A DNA stretch of 62,798 bases, filler included, from Dugesia japonica (taxonomy: Eukaryota): the NCBI GenBank assembly GCA_001938525.1. It is 4 parts of 4 records of this genome, joined end to end, with 100 filler letters (N's around TTAATTAATTAA, not from the genome) between each part and the next. Parts side by side here need not be neighbours in the genome. Positions count along the whole stretch, not along the records: positions 52,166 to 62,798 come from MQRL01531294.1; 3 more parts are not named here. One strand, given 5' to 3'. Of the stretch, positions 53,148-62,798 are shown in pieces (position 1 is the first letter of the stretch; the number at the start of each line of letters is the position of its first letter). The translations under genes and the position numbers were made by a program. Below the pieces are notes generated by a model. It made no database searches, was not told where the DNA came from, and worked only from the letters and a program-made list of their open reading frames with translations.

Positions 53148-54834
53148 CTAAAATATCGATAAGTTAAAAATTATGATTTTGAATATAATATTTGATTTTT
53201 TATAGAAAAATTTTTTGAAATTTTAGAAAACTTATTAAAAAGTTGCTCCTTTGAACATCAACTAGCCAGTTTTTTGTTTGAATATAATTTCTTTAAATAA
53301 TTTCAATCTTGATATATTAGAAATAGTAAAATGTTTTATTTATCTTTGATTCAAAGAAACTAAAAGTTATTATAAATTATTACAATTCAAGGATAAAATT
53401 CAGTTTTAACCTCGCCAAATTTAGGTTCGAGTTCAAAATAAAACAAAAAATTTTTGAAATTTATTATTGTTATGAAAAATGTTTTGGATACAATTTTTTA
53501 CAATATTGCTGTAATTGTAACACTTTCATACATTGATCGTAATTTAAATCATTTTTTTGGGTTAAATACATTGGTTTCATGGATATATTATTGTATAGGT
53601 ATATAATTTTTTTTGAACATGAACCTGTTAAAATATCTAGTTCAGCATTCAGGGCTCGGGATCGATAAGGTTCGCCCCTCAGATTATTATTATTGAAAGT
53701 GAAATTCGTTTTAGTTATAAAATTAAACACGAAAATCCAATAATATTAAAGTTTAATAAAAAAAAATTATTTTTTTAAAAAGTATAGTTGTTATATAAAG
53801 CTACAATATTATGTAAACTTTTACATAAAAAATTTTTCTTTTATTATTTAAGACTAGGTTAGAAATTATTGAAAAAATTAGATATATATACCTATTATGT
53901 GTAGTTGAAATTAGAATTTACTTTTGGAAAAGCATTGACAATGAGAATAATGATTTTCCTTTGATAATGATGGTTGTAATTAATAGAAAGCATAAAATAT
54001 TTTCAAGGAATTTATCTCAAAAAGAAAATTCCCACTATAGTTAAAGCTAAGTTTCATTGTGTTTTATTCACCAACAGTAAGCTTTTAAATAAATAATTTA
54101 TTCAGCATAAAACGGTTAAATCGAAGATTTTTTATAACGAAGCCCTTTTTAGAAAATCAATATTAAAAAATAAATTTTATAAAATTATTTTAATTTTTAG
54201 TGGTACTTTCGTGATGATAGAAATGAAATACTTCGGACAAAATCAATTCAAACCACTTTACTTGACGTTGGATTTCAATCGTTAAAGAAAGATGATTGAA
54301 TATTTTATCGTTTATTTAGAAGAATAATGTATTGATATTTTAATGGTTTATATTGGATATAAAATATCGCTAATAATTATAATTTTGTTTATGACGAAAT
54401 TTCTTAGTACCAAAATTTTCGCTATAAGCCTTCTGCACTGTTTGTTTCAAGAATTTTTCAATGTTTTTAGAAAAGACCTTCAAATTCTAATTTACAACTT
54501 TTTAATGTCAGATAAAAAAATTAGAAAATTACACAACTTTTAATTTATAATCAGAATATAATTTAACCAAATTTAGAAAAACAGATTTCAAATAAATTAA
54601 ATTTATTAAATATTAGTCATATCTATATTTCAATAAGTTTATTTCCTCTTATTAATATTTAAACATTACCAATTTTAGGAACAATTTTAATTGAATTCAG
54701 TTATCATATTCTTTACTGATGATGGAAAGATAACATATTTTTCACTATCTTATATAGTAAAATTTCGAAATTAAAAGTATATTGAAATATTTTTCAATAA
54801 TTATTATTAAAACAAAAAAAAATAAAATTGATAA

Positions 54835-54907
54835 TACGATAAAACCTTGATATAACGACAGTTTGTATCAATCCATATGGGTGTCGTTATATCTAGATTA
54901 GACTGTA
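54835..54907. mobile_element. Tiny pogo/Tigger-like MITE
   Basis: Imperfect TIRs TACGATAAAACCTTGATATAACGAC / GTCGTTATATCTAGATTAGACTGTA with TA ends. Confidence 0.55.
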
Positions 54908-56776
54908 GCTTGATAAAACTTTTAATGCAACTGTGATTTTAATGTTTCAGGCCTTTTGAAAGCCCCTTTAACAAAGTTATTGTAAACAAATAACGTATTA
55001 TTAAACCATTGAAATACGTTTCTTTGTGGCCAAACCATTAACTTAGCAACAAAAACGAACAATATAATAGCCAAGTGTAACTAAAGTTTGATTGTGGTGC
55101 TTTGTTAAATTTGCAAATTGTTGCCATATAATTAAAATAATAGATTACATCTACAAGCAGAAATAAAACAAAGGTTTGAAGATTTTAATCATTCTAAAAT
55201 CCAAATATAATATTAAATTTATAATCTAGAATTAACTAAAGCATATTGATAACGGATCATATTTAAATAATTTATAAGCAAGCCCTAAGAATAAAAATGC
55301 GAACATTTAGAATTAATGGGGGTAATATAATAGTTAATATTATTCTAACAATACAGAAATGGAATCCCAGGATCCCTTTAAGAATCTGATGTTAAGCTAA
55401 TTAGTCAATTATTGATTAAATTGACCAGGTTTATCTTTTGATTATTATGTAGTTAATACATTTAGGATATAATTACTTATTTGGCCATGATATATTAATA
55501 GAATATATAGATAATATACTAAGCAATTGAACACTTCATTTGAAAACTTTAATGCATGAATGATTCTTTTTAATATAAGCAAAATTTATTGGTTCGATGA
55601 TTACGAGATCATTATGTCAGAATGTGTCATCTAAAACCAACAGCTACTTCTAGAGATTTCTTATATTAACGATATGCAATATTATTTCTAATTCACCTTG
55701 AAAAAGATGTTAATAATAGAATTTAGCCTGTTTACTATTAACAGCAATAAAGTGATTCCAAATTGATATATTGTCGTGTTTAATTTTCATTAGGCTCTAA
55801 CAAGCCAGATTATAGAAATATTTATTATTGTGGATTAATCGGAAATCAAAGGAACCCGATATGTTTTAACACTCTTGTGGGGAAAGTTAATAATCTAAAA
55901 CAAATTTATTGCATTTATCGTGTCAGTATAAAATATAACAAATTCAATTCTTCTAGAAGATATCGTTTTTAGCACTCTCGAAAAGTATTCTATGAGAAAT
56001 CACAATTTTGTTTTGATANTTTCAAGCTCCTGTAGAATGCATATTTCATCTAGTTCATAATTGATGATTTTAAGATTAGAGTAATTCGAAAGTAGACTTA
56101 TAATAGCTTCAATAAAAGTTGTTACCATAAAAAAAGACGATTAGATAAAATTTTGTAAATATTTGATCTCCTTCCAGTTGTAATATTAACCAAATGGTCA
56201 TCTTGGTTGATGGCTGCTTTTTATTATAGCGATAATGTGGTTGAAATAAAAAGAATCGTTGGTGAATTAAATGAAGAGGGAATTCGGATGAAAAAATGTA
56301 AATGAATTACTAAACAACGTGCGAATATTTAACAATCTTATCGAAATTAAAATAAATTGTAGTACCTATATCGAAATTTTCAAACTATTTCATAGAAACT
56401 GAATATGTGACTCGTGAAAACCTATAATTTATGCTGATTCGTGCAATTTACAAGATTAAATATCGACAGNNNNNNNNNNNNNNNNNNNNNNNNNNNNNNN
56501 NNNNNNNNNNNNNNNNNNNNNNNNNNNNNNNNNNNNNNNNNNNNNNNNNNNNNNNNNNNNNNNNNNNNNNNNNNNNNNNNNNNNNNNNNNNNNNNNNNNN
56601 NNNNNNNNNNNNNNNNNNNNNNNNNNNNNNNNNNNNNNNNNNTATTGATATTTAATTAATTGTAATCACTTATATTTTTATCTTATCAAACATATGTTGT
56701 AGTAGTGAAATAAATGATGTTTAAAAATATATGTTGTGATTTGGAAAATGAATTACCAATTGAAGATTTACCTAAC

Positions 56777-57628
56777 ATGGCGGCAGCAGTAAATACCGAT
56801 TCTATTACAGATAGGTTATTGCCGAATATTTTCTGCAGAAGAGAGAATATTGAGAAATTTATCAAGCAGCGCGAATTGTATTTGGAAGCTAAAAGCATCA
56901 CCTAGGTGAAACAACGTGAGAGATTAGTATCTTGTTTGTTAGATGATAATTTGTTGGAAGAATATGTAAAGACGTTGAAAAAAGTTGAATGTTTTCAGGC
57001 TCGTTTACGTATGGTATTTGAGAAAGATGTTATCAAATACTTTCAAAATTTGATTAAAAACAGTTAATGAAGAGATTCAAGTTTATTTTAAAAATGTAAA
57101 ATATTTAGTAAAAAGATTATTTACAAATAAAGATTTTACCGAGGAAGAAATGGTAGCAAAGATTTTAGTATATTTTTCAGATAACAAAAAATTAATATAA
57201 GTGACTTTGTGAAAACTACAGAATATAGAAGAAATTGAAGAAACAACGACGTTAGTAGATCGAGTAGAGAAAAACAGAGATCAATTTTATGCAGTTAGAG
57301 GTTACGCGACAGTTACAAGTCAAAATTATTAGAAACCTGTAAATCATACAGTGAATAGACATGTGGATCAAAGAAAAGAAAAACAAATATTGAATGTTGG
57401 TTATGCTATAAGATCGGTCATAAAGCAAATTGTCTGACAAAAAAGGTGGTAAAGTGGTGGAGTTGTCATAAAACAGGACATATAAGTCGAGATTGTCCAA
57501 ATAAAAAACCAACAAAATGTTTTGGTTGTGGAAAAATTGGCCATACTAGAAGGTTATGTCAAGAAGTAAGGTGTAAACGATGTGGTAATGGTGGACATAG
57601 GGAAGAAGAGTGCTACACAAATTTATAA
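56777..57628 (+). mobile_element. LTR retrotransposon gag remnant with multiple CCHC knuckles
   Basis: PBS-like TGGCGGCAGC after ...AACA (~56777); CWLCYKIGH, WWSCHKTGHISRDC, CFGCGKIGHTRRLC, CKRCGNGGHREEEC. Confidence 0.75.
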
Positions 57629-57699
57629 ATGAAAAAAAAAAGTGAGAAATTTAAACGAACTTTGGTTATAATAAAGCAAAATTTGTTTAAAGAAATTAT

Positions 57700-59506
57700 T
57701 TTCGTAGAACTTTTAAATTTTTGTAATTTACAGCCCAAAAAATGGTAAAGAAAAAAGTAATCACATCAACTCTGAAATCATAGCTTAAAACATTATGTGA
57801 AATTGACTTTGGCGTAAACCAGAATGACTTGGTAAAAAAGTATTAGTTTAGCAACAATTAACAGCATAAAAGCCCAACGAAATAGAGTAATAAATGGATT
57901 ATTCAAATAGATTTAGTACAACAAAAATTAAGAGATTCTTCCAATAACGTAAAAACCGAAAACGGTTCAGTTGGTTTATTATCCAAAGAAAGAACCCTGT
58001 CATTGAGTGGCCATATCCTTTCTGTGAAAGCCGATGAGATTGTTGAACTAAACAATATTCAGATATTTTCGATCCAACTTTGAGTGAAAGATTGCTAAAA
58101 GGCACTCAATCACATTTAAAACTATTAATGTAGAGTCCAAAGCAGTTAATCAATCAATTGTTGATAATTGTCTACCAAACGAATGACCATATATTACTGC
58201 AGAATATGATGATAAAGATCTTTTAATACGGAGATAGGTGTGTTTATTAAGGCGTTACTCAGTAAAACTCTAGCTATCAAAAATGAATCATGTCGAGGAT
58301 AAAATGTCTAACGTAAAACTTACAGCGCCTCTGTGCAAGTGTAACTGATGAAAACGAGCATCTGTTATTATTGAAAAATTTTTAAGGATAAGATACTTCA
58401 AGAATTAAAATTTGAATGATNNNNNNNNNNNNNNNNNNNNNNNNNNNNNNNNNNNNNNNNNNNNNNNNNNTTGTCTACCAAACGAATGGCCATATATTAC
58501 TGCAGAATATGATGATAAAGATCTTTTAATACGGAGATAGGTGTTTCTAAGGCGTTACTCAGTAAAACTCTAGCTATCAAAAATGAATCATGTCGAGGAT
58601 AATATGTCTAACGTAAAACTTACAGCACCTCTGTGCAAGTGTAACCGATGAAAACGAGCATCTGTTATTATTGAAAAATTTTTAAGGATAAGATACTTCA
58701 AGAATTAAAATTTGAATGATTTATATTATCAAACTAATAAAAATTCATTTATGAAAAGCAACTTTTTAAAGCTAGAATTGGCAAAGTTGGATAAAGAATT
58801 AACAGTAAGAAAGATAAATTTTGATCAACAGATAACCTACACATCCGGATAATAATGAATTTCTAACAAACAAAAACACTACAAGTATTTTGGAACCAAT
58901 AGAAACAGGGGCTGTAAGGAATTTTAAAATAAAATATCGAAAATCATTAATTCTCGAGATGATATGAACACTTGATAAAAGAGATGGATTCAAACACTAG
59001 TTTCGATGCCAAACAAATCAATGATGTTTCATGAAAAAAAGGTTTCTCTTTTAACAATTAAAAATTATTTCCATCATTCAAGTAGAAACTAATACCAATA
59101 TAAGTAATGAATTGATTGGATTTTTCAAATTTTTTCATATCCAAGCAAGAATTTATTGCGATTGATGAAAATGTTAATGCTGATTGTGCTGAAGAAATTG
59201 ATAACATCTTAAATAAAGATGTACCTTGCAACACGATTAGTAATATAGATAATAGAAATTATTGTAGAGGCACTGGGTGCTGTGAAAATTATGAAAGATT
59301 ATTATTGGAGCAATAACAACAATGATGATATATACCACAACATTCTCAAAATTGAAGAAAATCTGCACAATATACTCTGTAAAAAGAAATCGAGACAAAG
59401 AAAAATTACAGAATATTTAACCAATAAATATTTTTTATTGTTATTTATAGTCGGTTATAGAGAAATTCATAGTCCCAAAAACATCCCTATAACCGGTTCT
59501 TACCGT
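57700..59506 (+). mobile_element. pogo/Tigger transposase remnant
   Basis: LSGHILSVKA (CENP-B HTH-like), KLTAPLCAS, NTTSILEPIETGAVRNFKIKYRK (DDE_1 'NTTSxLQPxDxG' motif); 3' end ...CCCTATAACCGGTTCTTACCGTA. Confidence 0.7.
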
Positions 59507-61206
59507 ATTTTAATTAGACTTTATAAAAATTAGAAAAATAAAAATTGTATGTGCTATCAATCAAATAAGGATTTTTAATTTACATATCATTTTTTCTGAA
59601 ATATCTATTATAATTCCAAATTGAATTATACCAAAATTTTCGTATTTTCAATATTAATTATTAGAAGCAATACTTTCATTCGACAAATTGAAATATAAAT
59701 TTTATCAATAACTAAACAGCTAAACTTTATTTTTAAACTTAAAAATTCAAAGGTTAAAAAACATAGCAACTCAAATTAAAAATTTACAATTACATATGCT
59801 AGCATGCATATCAGCTTAATTAATAAAAAATAGATTACTTATTAATAAAATTTAAAACATTGACAATATATATTTTTTTAATAAAATGTCTTAAATGGAT
59901 TATTATAATTAAATATAAGCGAGAAATAATTTTAGCAGATAATAAAATTGTTTTCACTTCTTAAATTTCATTCTTACTAAAATGAAAAAAAATCATTTTA
60001 AAAATATCAGCAGTTCAAGAATTTACAAATATGATGATAATAATTTAAATAACAATTGAAAGTCGCAGAGGAATATTAGTAAATCTATTATCATCAATAT
60101 CCTAACAATAGAAACCATAGGTAGCGATTCATATCGATAAAACTATCAAAAAATAGTTTACCATTAATTAGTTGTCTTATCGGGATTTCAATTATAAAGG
60201 TAATATTAATATTCTTTAAAATGAAAAAATAAAAAAAATTTAACTTTGGCTTTTTAAACTCATAAAAGCATGCATTATCTTACTCAAAATATTATAATTA
60301 AATAAAAATTACAAAATTTGTTAGAAAATCAGTTTTCCACTTATATATAATGACTAACAGGTAGCAGAGCTATTTTTTCGATTAAATGCACACAAATCTA
60401 TTCATAAGTCATTATATTTAAAGTGTATCATTACAAAAAGTATAAGAAAAATTGTTAGTATGTAATTTCTGGTATGAATCCAATTTTCATGGTTTTAGAT
60501 ATTAGAAACTAATATATAAAAATTAAAAATTATTCACTAATTTTACTTACAAATAAATATAATTTATAAATGCCATGTATATAATTAAAATCTTGTAATT
60601 TTAGAAATAATAATAAGCAAATTAACAAATAATTTAATTTTACAAGAACTAAAAACAATGATTTGCTAAAAAATTAAATAAAATAAATTTAAACGAAACT
60701 CACCAACTGATCTTTTAATAACATAGTCACTTTTATTATTCGGCCATTGTACGATCGGGTGCGGGGCGTCAGAAGTAGAACCATCTAACATTACTAAAAT
60801 AATTTTAGAATTTATCATATAACTAAAAACAAATTTTAAGATTTTACAATTAAATTTAAATTCATATAATTAAAAAAAATAGTTTTCTTAATAAATAAAA
60901 TTAAAATAATGTTAGGCATTATCAAATTTATCATAATTTAACTTTATTTAAACAATCGACAGATTTTATTGAAAAACAAGGTCGATTATTTAACAAATAA
61001 AAAATTCCAAAATTTCCTATTTAAAATTCTTTAATTTCGTTTTTTTAATTAACATTAGTTAAAAATGCTAAATTTATGATCTTTTTAATACAAAATTAAA
61101 AATAAATTTTAAAAATTCTGACNNNNNNNNNNNNNNNNNNNNNNNNNNNNNNNNNNNNNNNNNNNNNNNNNNNNNNNNNTTTTTAATCACCTTCATAATT
61201 CAAATA

Positions 61207-61377
61207 CAGTGAACTCTGTTTAACGAGAACATCGGCGTTATTGACGATTTTTTTCTATGTAAGCGTAGTGTTTTCCAAGAAGAGTATTTTGTATGCAAAC
61301 TTTTCAAATTGCACAAACCTGGACCGAAAATATTCTCTTTAATCTTTAAGAATCTTGCTTTTACATGGAGTTTACTG
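61207..61377. mobile_element. Tc1/mariner-pogo-type MITE
   Basis: TIRs CAGTGAACTC / GAGTTTACTG flanked by TA on both sides. Confidence 0.65.
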
Positions 61378-62349
61378 TATTTAGAAGTATTTGTAGAACT
61401 TCCAGATTATGATAAATTATGATACTTTCCAAACATCTTTTTTCATTACAATTATATTGAGAAGTCTTTAGAATTTTTGAAAAAACAAATCAACCGTTGC
61501 GTAATTTTAGAAATAATTAAAATTATTTAAAATCCAGTTACGGTCGCATATTATGTGAAAACAAAGGTTTCATAATCGTGTCTACTTTCTAAATAATCCA
61601 GTCATTTATTATGTAAAGGCCGCTTATTATGTGCATCTTGATGTGTTGTAATGTAGTTTTATATTTTAATGTGCTTTATATGCGCATGAGAATTATAAAC
61701 ACATTAACTCGTAGTGGAAATTATTATGGGTCTTTATTAAGAATTCATCAAAGAGACTGCATAGACTATCATTTTATCATCATATCTAAACGAAAACGTA
61801 TCTCTCTTTGAAAGAAAAGATTGCAATTAGTGTGCATATGATTCTCTTTGTGATATCGCTGAAAAATATAAAGTTCATAAAAATACAGTAACAAACTGTT
61901 GGAAGATGCTCTCCAAAAACAAAAGCTAAGGCATATAACCACATTTTATTTGGTTTTCTAAAATTTCATTAATTTCTTTAGAATGCTTTTGGAAGGTGCC
62001 AACACGATGATAAAGTGCAAAAGAACAGGAAAAGCTCCCAATGTGGAAGAAAAGTACTTCGATTTTATCAAACAAGGCCGTAATGGAAATTTCATTCTTT
62101 GTCATTGGTTCTTATGTGATGCCGCTGATTGTGTGCAAAACAAGTTTTAATGTCGATGTCATAATAAGCAGTGGAGACTGTATTTAAATTTTTAAATATA
62201 ATGATAAATATTGCCTTACACCTTAAATTAAATTATAAATCANNNNNNNNNNNNNNNNNNNNNNNNNNNNNNNNNNNNNNNNNNNNNNNNNNNNNNNNNN
62301 NNNNNNNNNNNNNNNNNNNNNNNNNNNNNNNNNNNNNNNNNNNNNNNNN

Positions 62350-62696
62350 ATGATGAATAGTATAAGCAAATTGATGGAGTTTCTATGGGTTCACCTCTTT
62401 TGCTTACTCCTGCTTCATTATTTCTTTCAAATATAAGCGTTTCATTATATAAGCGTTATGTAGATGATATTTTCTTGGTGTTTAGTAATCAATCCCATAT
62501 AGAATCTTTTTTAAATTATATGACTTATTTCCACTCGAATATAAAGTTCATAACTGAAATAGAACGTAGTAGTAAACTTCCATTTCTTGTTTTATTAATA
62601 GAACGAAAATCTCCCCATTATGAGACAGAAATCTTTCGAAAGCCAACTGATACTGTTTTTTATACAACACCTGGTAGTTTCTGTGAATCTCCGTAA
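62350..62696 (+). pseudogene. Penelope-like element reverse transcriptase fragment
   Basis: YKQIDGVSMGSPL...RYVDDIF...FLNYM...HSNIKFITEIE...LPFL...IFRKPTDT is the characteristic PLE RT/thumb pattern. Confidence 0.88.
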
Positions 62697-62798
62697 ATTT
62701 AATATGAAGAAAGGTTTATTATATATGTTGGGGTTTTGCCCTAGGTGGGTTGAATTCTTGTATGATTTAAATCTAGGGGGGTCGAACTTTATATAAAA

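Noticed and set aside
53470-53730. Minus-strand ORF upstream of the kinase as a candidate first exon
   Set aside because: No similarity to SPAK/OSR1 N-termini and no compatible splice path found.
54041-54299. Possible small spliced plus-strand exons (LKLSFIVFYSPT/WYFRDDRNEILRTKSIQTTLLDVGFQSLKKDD*)
   Set aside because: Splice signals are plausible but there is no recognisable homology or start; cannot be supported from sequence alone.
58170-58720. ~250-bp direct repeat on both sides of an N gap
   Set aside because: Few differences and a gap exactly between the copies; most likely unmerged allelic contig ends.

Overview
AT-rich animal genomic DNA with spliceosomal introns. It looks like an invertebrate, possibly a planarian-type flatworm, but that is inference only. 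The assembly is gappy: artificial six-frame-stop linkers (N-TTAATTAATTAA-N) at about 14.9, 25.4 and 52.1 kb join segments, so order across them is uncertain. Host genes are the last four exons of an L1CAM/neuroglian-family adhesion receptor (TM exon to FIGQY tail, + strand, 38970-48614), three exons of a SPAK/OSR1-family STE20 kinase (- strand, 44-45 bp introns) and an intronless, disrupted PRP8 fragment. The rest is mostly decayed mobile DNA: a 2.25-kb mini-Polinton with ~470-bp TIRs, a second rearranged Polinton (pPolB, integrase), several Ty3/gypsy remnants, a 928-bp TRIM-like LTR element with TSD, mariner, pogo/Tigger, hAT (Buster), Harbinger MITEs, a Helitron helicase scrap and a Penelope-like RT. 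The most notable signal is a dispersed foldback repeat family (at least 6 copies) with a constant tail and variable-length palindrome. Its longer copies carry minimal type-I hammerhead ribozyme motifs in inverted orientation, best preserved at 43846-43936. This suggests a non-coding, ribozyme-bearing Penelope-like or retrozyme-like element.
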